Origin: Eubacteriales bacterium
GTDB lineage: Bacteria > Bacillota > Clostridia > Oscillospirales > CAG-272
NCBI GenBank assembly: GCA_045594085.1
Contig: JAZNXW010000003.1
Span: 8,668-72,667, forward strand
Reading direction: 5' to 3'
Length of the DNA: 64,000 bases
Both the position numbers and the translations under genes were made by a program. Positions within the stretch are counted from its first letter, which is position 1; each line of letters opens with the position of its first letter. Under the pieces are notes generated by a model. It did not search any database. It saw only the letters and a program-made list of their open reading frames with translations, and was not told the DNA's origin. Below are positions 1 through 8,796 of the stretch, piece by piece.

Positions 1-2
1 TT

Positions 3-842
3 GAGGACGGCAAGGTCATTGCCGCGTGGAGTGAGGAGCTCATCGAATCTCCCGACGGCGGTCACACCAACCCCTCGAGCTATCCCTCAAACGCAAAATC
101 CAACCACTACATCGCCGAAGGCGTCTCCATCGGAGATTTCAGCATCTCCGCAGATCAGCTTCTTCAGCTTGAAAGCAAAACAAAGCTGACGTCGCTACCC
201 GAAATCGACGTAAGAGGCTACAAAACAGCGGGCGATTACATCACAAATTCCGAAAACCTCAATGATCCAAAGATAGGCGACGTCCGCATCCGCTATGAAT
301 ACGTCTCCATCGACAAGGCAACCTTTGCCGGCAAGCAGCGCTCGAACGAAATGACCAAGTACGCAAACTTCGAGGACGTTCCGATCTTCCTCTCCATTGA
401 TGGCGGTTTTGACAAATCGGGCGTGATCTCCGAGCTCCGCGCACGTGCAGAGCACGCTAACGTATGGTTGTTCGTTATTTCCGTCATCGCGACTCTCGCG
501 GGCGGATTCTCCTTCTTCCACTCGATGTGTGTGCTGACCGGATACAACCCCTCCCTCGACAAGCTGGGCAAGAAATTTGCGTCTGTGCCGCACGAAAAGG
601 TCGCGCTTATACATTCCGTGGTCTTTGCCGTTCTCGCGTTCGGACTTACATATTCGCTCATCTGGGCTGACGTTTACGAGATCGGCATTGCATTTTTCGG
701 TGTCCTCACACTGATCTATCTTGCTCTGCTCATTCCCGACATGATCGTTAATATGCCGCGCCCAAAAAAGAAGGAGGCGGAATACGTTCCGATCCTCATC
801 AAGCGCGACGAAGAACCTACATCAAAGAAAAATCGCAGGTAA
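3..842 (+). CDS. TMEM43/DUF1625-like integral membrane protein (tentative), 5' end outside window
   Basis: Frame 3 is open from the window edge to TAA 840-842; the track lists only the part from Met351. Text ...PKIGDVRIRYEYVSIDKATFAGKQ... is followed by hydrophobic helices, with a hairpin plus T-run directly downstream. Confidence 0.55.
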   Translation, partial: EDGKVIAAWSEELIESPDGGHTNPSSYPSNAKSNHYIAEGVSIGDFSISADQLLQLESKTKLTSLPEIDVRGYKTAGDYITNSENLNDPKIGDVRIRYEYVSIDKATFAGKQRSNEMTKYANFEDVPIFLSIDGGFDKSGVISELRARAEHANVWLFVISVIATLAGGFSFFHSMCVLTGYNPSLDKLGKKFASVPHEKVALIHSVVFAVLAFGLTYSLIWADVYEIGIAFFGVLTLIYLALLIPDMIVNMPRPKKKEAEYVPILIKRDEEPTSKKNRR

Positions 843-858
843 CACCTGCGATTTTTTT
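832..858 (+). terminator. Rho-independent terminator
   Basis: atcgcaggt-aac-acctgcgat perfect 9-bp stem followed by T7. Confidence 0.8.
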
Positions 859-897
859 GTTTTGTTATTCTGCCGCGGATTCGGCATACGCATCAGT

Positions 898-1155
898 TCA
901 CAGAGTACCGAGCGTATGATCGATGCGGAACTTGACGATTTCGTCAGGCTTCGTTTCCTTTTCTGAGATCTCATTTCTGATAGCGAGCACGAACGGATCG
1001 CTTTCGGTAAACGGATTCAACCGGACAAGCGGGGCACCGAAGTTGTCAACGCCGTTGGGATCACCCGTCTTTACGAAATTCGCCCAATAGGATGTGACCT
1101 TGCGGGTAAGGTCATAATGATGACCGCGGAACGGACGCCAGCTTCGCGCAAGCAT
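898..1155 (-). pseudogene. 3' remnant of a type-B carboxylesterase (para-nitrobenzyl-esterase-like)
   Basis: The 85-aa ORF carries the C-terminal signature ...YWANFVKTGDPNG... of roughly 500-aa carboxylesterases. Only about 80 bp separate it from the upstream LCP gene, so there is no room for the catalytic part. Confidence 0.6.
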
Positions 1156-1189
1156 GACAAAACAGAAAAGCGCATTTTGTACAACGTGC

Positions 1190-1226
1190 GCAAAACAAAA
1201 AGACCTCGCGGCGCGAGATCTTTTTT
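1190..1226 (-). terminator. Rho-independent terminator downstream of the LCP gene
   Basis: aaaaagacctcgcggcgcgagatctttttt; GC hairpin flanked by A- and T-runs. Confidence 0.65.
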
Positions 1227-1235
1227 ACTGTTTCA

Positions 1236-2342
1236 TTAATCGATGGGGAGATATTCCTCAACAAGAGCCTTACGGATCTTGGACGAATACGGAACGAGCA
1301 CCATCATTTTTCTGATCGTGGCGTTATAGTACTGTCCGTCGTCGGGAACATGATACTGCTCGATCTTCATTGACGTCATCATCGGCAGAAGGTCTGCGGC
1401 GAGCATAAATATGTCGGAGTTGGACATATCAGTCGTGAGGTAAGGGCAGATCTCGTCGATGAGATCGTAAAGAGTGCCGATCGGGAGCGTTTTCGCCTCA
1501 TTGAAGAGGGACATTATGATATTACGCTGTCTGTTTGTGCGTCCGAAGTCGGAATCAAGCTTACGGATACGCGCATACGCAAGTGCCTGCTTGCCGTTGA
1601 GTCTGTTTTCGCCCTCAACGAGTCCGCCGCCCATATGCTTTGCTTCCGCTTTTGTGAGGTTGATCGTTACGCCGCCCATAACGTCGATGATCTTCTGGAA
1701 GCCTGTAAAATCGACCTCTATGTTATAGTCAACGTCAACACCAAAGTTGAGAAGAAGTGTCTCATTAAGAAGCGAGAATCCGCCGTAAAGGTACGGAACG
1801 TTGAGTCTGTTATCGGAGTAACCGCCGGGGATCTGCACGTAAAGGTCGCGAAGGAAGGAAATGATCGAAACCTCTTTCGTGTCAGGGTTGATGCTGACGA
1901 GAATCATCGAGTCGGAACGCTGACGCTTTTCGCCGGGACGTTTATCCTGACCAACAAGCAGAATATTGATAAGTCCGTCCACCTCAATGGGATCGACGTC
2001 CTCGAATTTAACTGTCGTTTCAGGCTCGGGCGGTATCGTTTCGACAGGAACGATAATTACGTTGCCCTCCGAGTCGTATGCGGTTTCGGTTTCGGGCGGA
2101 GTGGAATCATCGATCCAGTCGGTTTCGAAAAATTCACTTTCCGGGGGGATCCAGTCGTCGGTTCCCTCAGGCTCAACTCTCTGTATTTTACTGAGCTGAT
2201 AATATACGGCTCCGTATGCAACGGAAGCAACGATTATCATAAACAAAACTATCATCGCAAGAACGCAAAGCAGTTTTTTTGCCCAATCCGGCATACCGCG
2301 GCGTTTGCTTTTCAGTTTTTGTTTTTTATCTTCACCCTGCAT
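1236..2342 (-). CDS. LytR-CpsA-Psr (LCP) family cell-wall polymer transferase
   Basis: N-terminal TM helix, then LLVGQDKRPGEKRQRSDSMILVSINPDTKEVSIISFLRDLYV, typical of the LCP domain. RBS GAGGTGAAAAATG. Confidence 0.85.
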   Translation of the reverse strand: MQGEDKKQKLKSKRRGMPDWAKKLLCVLAMIVLFMIIVASVAYGAVYYQLSKIQRVEPEGTDDWIPPESEFFETDWIDDSTPPETETAYDSEGNVIIVPVETIPPEPETTVKFEDVDPIEVDGLINILLVGQDKRPGEKRQRSDSMILVSINPDTKEVSIISFLRDLYVQIPGGYSDNRLNVPYLYGGFSLLNETLLLNFGVDVDYNIEVDFTGFQKIIDVMGGVTINLTKAEAKHMGGGLVEGENRLNGKQALAYARIRKLDSDFGRTNRQRNIIMSLFNEAKTLPIGTLYDLIDEICPYLTTDMSNSDIFMLAADLLPMMTSMKIEQYHVPDDGQYYNATIRKMMVLVPYSSKIRKALVEEYLPID

Positions 2343-2470
2343 TTTTCACCTCAAGGAAATTTATAATAGAAAATTACATTATATTATGCAACATTTTTGC
2401 CGTAATGTCAACCGAATTTTCGTTTTTGTCATTCTTACGGCAATATATGTTTATATTATAAAAAAAGATA

Positions 2471-2500
2471 TTGATTAAATGTTGTATCAAATGTTATAAT
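2471..2500 (+). promoter_or_regulatory. sigma-A-type promoter for the radical SAM gene
   Basis: TTGATT, 18-nt spacer, TATAAT, in an AT-rich divergent intergenic region. Confidence 0.5.
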
Positions 2501-2562
2501 ATTGTGATATTTTTATTATATTCAGTGAATTATACAATTGTCTGTTAACTTCGGAGAATCTT

Positions 2563-3504
2563 ATGCACTCGTCTTACAACATTTTTGACATATATCGCGC
2601 CTGCACGCTTTGTCCGCGCGGATGCGGTGCCGACAGAACCGCGCACAGACGCGGAGTCTGCGGAATGTCCTCGGATCTGTACGCGGCGCGTGCCGCGCTT
2701 CATTTTTGGGAGGAGCCCTGCATTTCGGGTGAGCGCGGATCGGGTGCGGTCTTTTTCAGCGGATGTCCTCTCGGATGCGTGTTCTGTCAGAACCGTGAGA
2801 TCTCATCGGATGGAGGCGGATATCCGATCACAACAAAGCGTCTTGCCGACATTTTTTTGCGTTTACAGGACGTTGACGGCGCCAACAACATCAATCTGGT
2901 CACCGCCGTTCATTATCTGCCGCACGTTATAACAGCGCTTGAGCGCGCAAAATCCCGCGGGCTTTCAATCCCCATCGTATACAACTCAAGCGGATACGAA
3001 TCCGTCAAGTCGCTGCGTATGCTTGACGGACTCGTGGACGTATATCTTCCCGATATGAAATACGTCTCCTCCGAGCTTTCAAAGCGATACTCGGGCGCGC
3101 ACAACTATTTTGAGGTTGCCTCATCTGCGATCGACGAGATGTTCCGTCAGGTCGGCTCACCCGTCTTTGCTGACGGTGACGGACTTGCCGAGGAGGGGAT
3201 CATGACTCGCGGTATGATCGTGCGCCATCTGATACTGCCGACATGCACGGACGACAGCCGCGAGGTCATCAAGTATCTTTTCGACAGATACGGACACGAC
3301 ATTTACATAAGCATTATGAATCAGTACACGCCGATCACGGGAGCGCCGCTTCCGTCGGAGCTGACGCGTCCGATCACGGATATGGAATACGCGAAGGTAG
3401 TCGGATACGCGCGTCGTATCGGTATCGAAAACGGTTTCATCCAGGAAGGCGGCACCGTTGAGGAGAGCTTTGTGCCGCTCTTCGACGGCGAAGGCATAAT
3501 TTGA
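2563..3504 (+). CDS. radical SAM protein, PflX/pyruvate-formate-lyase-activase-like (COG1313)
   Basis: CX3CX2C motif in FFSGCPLGCVFCQN; length and overall pattern match PflX-type activases. RBS GGAGA. Confidence 0.8.
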   Translation: MHSSYNIFDIYRACTLCPRGCGADRTAHRRGVCGMSSDLYAARAALHFWEEPCISGERGSGAVFFSGCPLGCVFCQNREISSDGGGYPITTKRLADIFLRLQDVDGANNINLVTAVHYLPHVITALERAKSRGLSIPIVYNSSGYESVKSLRMLDGLVDVYLPDMKYVSSELSKRYSGAHNYFEVASSAIDEMFRQVGSPVFADGDGLAEEGIMTRGMIVRHLILPTCTDDSREVIKYLFDRYGHDIYISIMNQYTPITGAPLPSELTRPITDMEYAKVVGYARRIGIENGFIQEGGTVEESFVPLFDGEGII

Positions 3505-3514
3505 CGGAGTTTTT

Positions 3515-4042
3515 ATGAGCATTATCGGCAAAAAGACGCTAATAATAGGTTGCGGCGGGTCGGGAAAGAGCTATCTTGCCTCGCGGCTCGGTGAGATGAC
3601 GGGCATTCCCGTGATCCATCTTGACCGTCTTTACTGGCTTCCCGGTTGGGTAACACGCGAAAAAGACGATTTCGAGGCTATCCTCGAGGAAGAGTACGCA
3701 CGCGACACGTTTATTATAGACGGCAATTTTATGAGGACGCTTCCCCGTCGTCTGCAGGAGGCAGACTCTGTGATATGGCTCGATTTTTCGACAGCGGCGT
3801 GCATCGCGGGAGTAATCTCGAGGGTAATAAAGAATCGCGGACGTGTCCGTCCCGATATGGGTGACGGCTGTCCCGAACGCTTCAGCACAGATTTTATCAA
3901 ATGGGTATGGAGTTTCAGAAAGCACACACGTCCGAAAATCGTTTCGCAGCTTGAAAAGGCAAAATCGCGCGGCGTGCGCGTGACTGTATTCAAGCGCAGG
4001 CGCGAGGTGAATGAATTTATCAGGTCCATGGAGGCAAAATAA
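3515..4042 (+). CDS. P-loop NTPase, adenylate-kinase-like / topology-modulation (FlaR-like) protein
   Basis: Walker A IIGCGGSGKSYLA near the N-terminus; roughly 175 aa, as in the FlaR/AAA-kinase family. Confidence 0.7.
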   Translation: MSIIGKKTLIIGCGGSGKSYLASRLGEMTGIPVIHLDRLYWLPGWVTREKDDFEAILEEEYARDTFIIDGNFMRTLPRRLQEADSVIWLDFSTAACIAGVISRVIKNRGRVRPDMGDGCPERFSTDFIKWVWSFRKHTRPKIVSQLEKAKSRGVRVTVFKRRREVNEFIRSMEAK

Positions 4043-4069
4043 AAAAGGCAGAAATTCTGCCTTTTTTTA
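4041..4069. terminator. bidirectional terminator between convergent genes
   Basis: aaaaaaggcagaaattctgccttttttt. Confidence 0.75.
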
Positions 4070-5143
4070 TTTCATTCTCACGTTGATCTCATCATATATT
4101 ACTTTTGTTGCATCCGCGGTCCTTCCGTTTATAACGAGTATCTTTTCATCAACGGTAATAACAACGGCAGCCCCACACGCCGTATACGAATAGAGCGTAT
4201 ATTTGCCGAATTCGTCATTTTCGAAGGTTCCGATCGAAAGTCTGGGCGAGCCGAATCCGTAGCATCTGAAGCCTGCATCGAAGGACTCTCTGTACTCTAT
4301 TGAATCGATCTCCGCATACGCAAGAGTCAGATCGTCCGAATACGAGGCCTCGACGGTGAACGATTCTTCGCCGTACTGCATTTTGATATTGCCCGTGAAC
4401 ATTATTGTCAAAACGATCAGAAGTATGATCGGCACTGTCACGAGAGTGATGATCTTTCCCGTTTTGCTTATATTGCTCTCGGGAGCATATTCCACTCCGT
4501 CCGCAAGCTGTTTTTTATAGAACAGATAAGAATACAAAAACGGAACTGCGACAGCCACCACAAACGAGATCAGCATCACCGTCACGGCAATATTGATCGG
4601 CAGAAACGCACAGATCAGCATCACGATACCGCACAAAACCCACGTTACTCCTGTAACACGGTGAGTTTTATTCCAGTTTTCCTCGTTACCGAGCGTCCAT
4701 TTGATCTTAACTCCGATAGTGTGATTCTGTCTGCACTTCGGCATATAGTTTCCCATAATAACGAACAGCACACCTATCAAAAGAAGCGTCCACGTATATA
4801 TATTAACGTCGATCTCAAGCGCATAAGCATACATAATACCGTTAACGAAGAACGACAGCGCAGGCATGATCCAGAGAACCATGGCAAAAACCTTTTTGCT
4901 CTGATTTTTGTTTTTCAAATCCTTCGCAGTTATGAAAATGCACAGCCAATGCAACAGAAGCAGTATGCAAGGCAAGCCGAGCACGGCAAAAACCTTGCCT
5001 GACGCTCCGTCTGCGTTTCCGTCGGCGCCGAAGTGGACCGTCATTGAATCGGGCAGTTCCCCCCAAAATACGATTCCGACGAGCATCGGAAGCAAAATAA
5101 GAACTGATGAAATGACGAATAAGAGCTTATTTGATTTAATCAT
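4067..5143 (-). CDS. SdpI/YhfL-family membrane protein (DUF1648 + SdpI) with C-terminal soluble PH-like domain
   Basis: Multiple TM helices with the W/K-rich SdpI pattern (IKWTLGNEENWNKTHR), followed by a roughly 110-aa beta-rich tail. Overlaps the upstream ArsR-family gene by 8 nt. Confidence 0.7.
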   Translation of the reverse strand: MIKSNKLLFVISSVLILLPMLVGIVFWGELPDSMTVHFGADGNADGASGKVFAVLGLPCILLLLHWLCIFITAKDLKNKNQSKKVFAMVLWIMPALSFFVNGIMYAYALEIDVNIYTWTLLLIGVLFVIMGNYMPKCRQNHTIGVKIKWTLGNEENWNKTHRVTGVTWVLCGIVMLICAFLPINIAVTVMLISFVVAVAVPFLYSYLFYKKQLADGVEYAPESNISKTGKIITLVTVPIILLIVLTIMFTGNIKMQYGEESFTVEASYSDDLTLAYAEIDSIEYRESFDAGFRCYGFGSPRLSIGTFENDEFGKYTLYSYTACGAAVVITVDEKILVINGRTADATKVIYDEINVRMK

Positions 5144-5411
5144 TGTCGGTATCTCCTTTCAGATCTGTGATCCAAAGCATAATTTCTTCCAAGACTGAGG
5201 CGTTCAGTTCATAAAAAATGAACTGTCCTTCCCTTTTGTCGCGCACCAGATCCGCATCCTTCAGCACGGAAAGATGTCGGGATATAGATGCCCCCGTGAC
5301 GGGGAAATGATCAGTGATCTCGCCCGCTGACATCCTGCCGTCCTTGAGCATATTGAGTATCTCACGGCGGATCGGATCGGAGAGGGCTTTAAGCGTTTGC
5401 TGCAATCCCAT
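5136..5411 (-). CDS. ArsR/SdpR-family transcriptional autorepressor
   Basis: ALSDPIRREILNML...GASISRHLSVLKDADLV winged-HTH pattern. RBS AGGGGTGA. Confidence 0.85.
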   Translation of the reverse strand: MGLQQTLKALSDPIRREILNMLKDGRMSAGEITDHFPVTGASISRHLSVLKDADLVRDKREGQFIFYELNASVLEEIMLWITDLKGDTDND

Positions 5412-5498
5412 TTTTGTTCACCCCTTAACATTTAACCTAATTGTTAAATATAGTATAAACCAAAAGATCCCCCTTGTCAAGAGGGGGATCCGAAATTT

Positions 5499-6143
5499 TT
5501 ATTCTTCATCCTCGGAAATTTCATCCGCAAGGCGTCGAAGCTCATCGGAAACCTTACGGTCACGGAAATAATATTCCCTGTCGTGCTCTCCGATAGGTCT
5601 GATGACGCGGCAGGGATTGCCGTACGCGACAACGTTTGCGGGAATATCGCGAGTGACGACGCTGCCCGCGCCGATAACGGTATTGTCACCAATGGTAACG
5701 CCCGGCATAATGAGCGCGCCCGCGCCGATCCAGCAATTTTCGCCTATCGTGACGGGCATATTGAACTGATACGCACGGCGGCGAAGCTCAGGCAGTATCG
5801 GATGCGCCGCCGTCGCAATGATTACGTTAGGGGCAAGCATCGTGTACGATCCTATCGTGATATACGTATCGTCAACAAGCGTGAGATTGAAGTTTGCGTA
5901 GACGTAATCTCCGAGTCTGACGTGATGTCCGCCCCAATTTGAATGAAGCGGCGGTTCGATGTAGCATCCCTCTCCGACCTCGGCAAACATTTCCTTGAGA
6001 AGTACGGCGCGCTTTTCTCCCTCACTCGGACGCGTAGCGTTATAATCGTAGAGCTTTTCGAGGCACGAGGTCTGTTCCGTCATTATTTCATCACCCGAGG
6101 GATAATATATATCGCCCGTGTGGAGCTTTTCTTTATCTGTCAC
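5499..6143 (-). CDS. maa: maltose/galactoside O-acetyltransferase (hexapeptide-repeat, Maa-like)
   Basis: Left-handed beta-helix repeats GENCWIGAGALIMPGVTIGDNTVIGAGSVV. The start is placed at GTG 6143, preceded by GGAGGAcaaaaac, rather than the upstream ATG in the track. Confidence 0.8.
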   Translation of the reverse strand: MTDKEKLHTGDIYYPSGDEIMTEQTSCLEKLYDYNATRPSEGEKRAVLLKEMFAEVGEGCYIEPPLHSNWGGHHVRLGDYVYANFNLTLVDDTYITIGSYTMLAPNVIIATAAHPILPELRRRAYQFNMPVTIGENCWIGAGALIMPGVTIGDNTVIGAGSVVTRDIPANVVAYGNPCRVIRPIGEHDREYYFRDRKVSDELRRLADEISEDEE

Positions 6144-6260
6144 GTTTTTGTCCTCCGACACTGTTATTACGGCAATTATATCACAGTAAAAATCGCAAAA
6201 CAAGCGCAGCGGTATTTATTTCCGACTGAATTTGTGGTAAAATGGGGATGAATATAAACG

Positions 6261-6776
6261 ATGCCTTTGGCGAGGTTGAGGAAAACAATGTCAGATATAC
6301 TTTTCAAAACCGACGATTACATCTTTTCGTACCGTGTCGGCGGTGTGCTTATACATAACGGAAAGGTGCTTATGCAAAATGCAGAGGGCGATGATGGCTA
6401 CGCCTTTATCGGCGGTCACGTTGCTTTTGGAGAAACGACCGATGAAACCCTTGTGCGAGAGTTCAGGGAAGAAATCGGCGCAGATATAAAGATCGAAAGA
6501 CTACTTATGGTAAATGAAAATTTCTTTCCGTGGGGGAATAAACCTTGTCAGCAGATCAATTTGTATTATCTGATCTCCTTGAAGGACGAAACGTAAATCC
6601 CCCTTGACAGAAATTTCAAGGCGCTTGATGACTTGAGCAACGAGCGAATTGAGCTTAATATGTGTTGGATACCGCTTGAAGAGATACCCAACAAGAGCAT
6701 ATATCCCCCACAGGCGAAGGAGTACATTATGAATCTGCCCGATGAGATCGTGTACTTTGTTTATAAGGAATCATAA
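6261..6776 (+). pseudogene. NUDIX hydrolase interrupted by an in-frame TAA (6594-6596)
   Basis: Nudix box GGHVAFGETTDETLVREFREEIG lies upstream of the stop. The same frame continues IPLDRNFKALDD...CWIPLEEIPNKSIYPPQAKEYI to TAA 6774-6776. A likelier start is ATG 6288 (RBS GAGGAAA). Confidence 0.7.
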
Positions 6777-6778
6777 CT

Positions 6779-7267
6779 ATGCAAACACAAGACGAGATCA
6801 ACGTACTTCAGATCGAAGAAACTCTACGACTCCGCCGTTTTGATGGCAATTATGATTTTGCGTTTGAGTGGTATCAGGCCCCCGAAACAGTACGTCTTGT
6901 TGACGGTGTGGCTGAACCGTATTCCTATGAAATCTTGACGAATATGTATAACTATCTTAATGGCAAAGGCGAGCTTTATTTCATTGAGATCAACGAAAAC
7001 GGGAAGTGGCTCCCTATCGGCGACGTTACCTTTTGGCAAGAGGATATGCCCATCGTGATTGGCGAGCGTGAATACCGTGGCAAAGGTATCGGAAGAAAGG
7101 TTGTGTCTGTGCTCGTCGAGCGAGGCAGAGCGATGGGATATGATAAGCTGTACGTTGGCGAAATCTACGATTTCAACGTCGGCTCACAAAAGTGCTTTGA
7201 AAGCGTAGGCTTTCGTGCATACGAAAAGACCGAGAAAGGCGCCCGGTACGTTTTGGAACTGAAATAA
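6779..7267 (+). CDS. GNAT family N-acetyltransferase
   Basis: Acetyl-CoA binding motif REYRGKGIGRKVV; roughly 160 aa. Confidence 0.8.
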   Translation: MQTQDEINVLQIEETLRLRRFDGNYDFAFEWYQAPETVRLVDGVAEPYSYEILTNMYNYLNGKGELYFIEINENGKWLPIGDVTFWQEDMPIVIGEREYRGKGIGRKVVSVLVERGRAMGYDKLYVGEIYDFNVGSQKCFESVGFRAYEKTEKGARYVLELK

Positions 7268-7290
7268 CACTAAATATTCGGAGAACAAAA

Positions 7291-8025
7291 ATGAAAAAGA
7301 CAGTAATAATCACAGGCGGAGCGCGTGGGATCGGAGCGTCCGCCGCACGGATATTCGCCGAAAACGGCTACGCCGTCATCATCAATTACCGTAAGTCGGA
7401 GGCTGCCGCCCAGGCGCTTCGCGATGAACTGCGCGCAGAAAATCCCGACATTGAGATCTTCCGTGCAGACGTATCCGTAAGTGAGGAAGCGGACGCGCTC
7501 GTGAGATTTGCCGTCGAGCGTTTCGGATCAGTGGACGTACTCGTGAACAACGCCGGCGTTGCCGATTTCGGTCTTTTCACCGATATGACCGACGCGGACT
7601 ACCGCCGCGTCATGTCCGTCGATCTTGACGGCACGTTTTACTGCAGCCGCGCCGCCGCACGCGAGATGATAAAGGCACACTCGGGCGCGATAATCAATAT
7701 TTCCTCTATGTGGGGGCTCGTCGGCGCGTCCTGTGAGGCGGCATATTCCGCGGCAAAAGCAGGAGTGATCGGACTCACGAAGGCGCTCGCGAAGGAGCTC
7801 GGTCCGTCGGGCATCAGAGTCAACTGCGTTGCGCCTGGCGTGATCGCGACGGAAATGAACTCACGGCTGTCGGAGGCTGATCTTTCCACTCTCGCAGATG
7901 AAACGCCGCTTTCGCGCATCGGTCAGCCGTGCGAGGTTGCCGAGGCAATTCTTTTCCTCGCGGACGAACGCGCCTCGTTCGTCACGGGACAGGTCTTGTC
8001 CGTTGATGGCGGATTCGCGGTGTAA
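7291..8025 (+). CDS. SDR family oxidoreductase, FabG-like 3-oxoacyl reductase
   Basis: TGGARGIGAS cofactor motif, NNAG, and catalytic YSAAK. Confidence 0.85.
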   Translation: MKKTVIITGGARGIGASAARIFAENGYAVIINYRKSEAAAQALRDELRAENPDIEIFRADVSVSEEADALVRFAVERFGSVDVLVNNAGVADFGLFTDMTDADYRRVMSVDLDGTFYCSRAAAREMIKAHSGAIINISSMWGLVGASCEAAYSAAKAGVIGLTKALAKELGPSGIRVNCVAPGVIATEMNSRLSEADLSTLADETPLSRIGQPCEVAEAILFLADERASFVTGQVLSVDGGFAV

Positions 8026-8038
8026 AAACAACAAAAAC

Positions 8039-8063
8039 GCTTGCCGTAAGGCAAGCATTTTTT
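8039..8063 (+). terminator. Rho-independent terminator
   Basis: gcttgcc-gtaa-ggcaagc followed by a T-run. Confidence 0.75.
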
Positions 8064-8069
8064 ATTATG

Positions 8070-8603
8070 TCAATGCGTTTCCGTGACTGCCATAAAGTAC
8101 GCGGCGACTGACTCGGGAGGCGTTTTCATGCCCTCCTTTATCCACCACATCACCGTTTCCGCGAAGCTTCCGACGAGATGATTGAGCAAAAACTCACGAG
8201 GAACGTCCGTTTTGAACACATCGATGAAGCCTTCGAACATAGTATGCAGATGACACTTGAAATACGTCATAAACAGCTCTCCCGAATCGGAGATCAATAT
8301 GCCGGAAAGGTCATTCTTCTCGTCACGTATATGCCAGAGGGTGTGCGAAAGCTTGCTTTCGAGATCGCGGTCCTTCCCCACCCACGGGCACGGATCATGC
8401 TCAAATATATGGAAGAAAAGCTCCTCGCACAGCGCATCGAGCAGAAGATCCTTCGTTTCAAAATGCGAATAAAACGTGCTTCTTCCGACGTCTGCCTCGT
8501 CAATTATCTCCTGCACAGTAATGTGATCGTAGCGTTTCTTCTCAAGAAGCGATCGAAATGCTCTGAATATGGCTTTTCTCGTTTTTTGTTGGCGTCTGTC
8601 CAT
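8070..8603 (-). CDS. TetR/AcrR family transcriptional regulator
   Basis: N-terminal HTH ITVQEIIDEADVGRSTFYSHF. The start is placed at ATG 8603 (RBS GAGAGGAAGG). Confidence 0.85.
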   Translation of the reverse strand: MDRRQQKTRKAIFRAFRSLLEKKRYDHITVQEIIDEADVGRSTFYSHFETKDLLLDALCEELFFHIFEHDPCPWVGKDRDLESKLSHTLWHIRDEKNDLSGILISDSGELFMTYFKCHLHTMFEGFIDVFKTDVPREFLLNHLVGSFAETVMWWIKEGMKTPPESVAAYFMAVTETH

Positions 8604-8650
8604 AATAGCCTTCCTCTCACGACGGCGCAAAATCCAAACAAATCGCGCAA

Positions 8651-8743
8651 AATGTTCGGTATCTTACATTACGCTTTCAATGATTGTTGTTTTATAGAAC
8701 GTGTGATTATATAATGATACCGTACTGAATGTTCGGTACCGAA
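8651..8743. promoter_or_regulatory. candidate TetR operator sites in the divergent intergenic region
   Basis: Perfect 12-bp palindrome TTCGGTACCGAA at 8732-8743. AATGTTCGGTA occurs twice (8651-8661 and 8729-8739), and TACCG-N11-CGGTA lies at 8718-8738. Confidence 0.45.
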
Positions 8744-8796
8744 TCAATTATGCACCACTTTCGTATATTTGTCAAGTCGGCGCAACGGAGGACACT

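Noticed and set aside
1-189. 62-aa ORF at the window start (frame 1).
   Set aside because: Frame 3 is open across the whole region and joins the 351-842 ORF. The frame-1 product is Pro/Thr/Ser-rich with no support.
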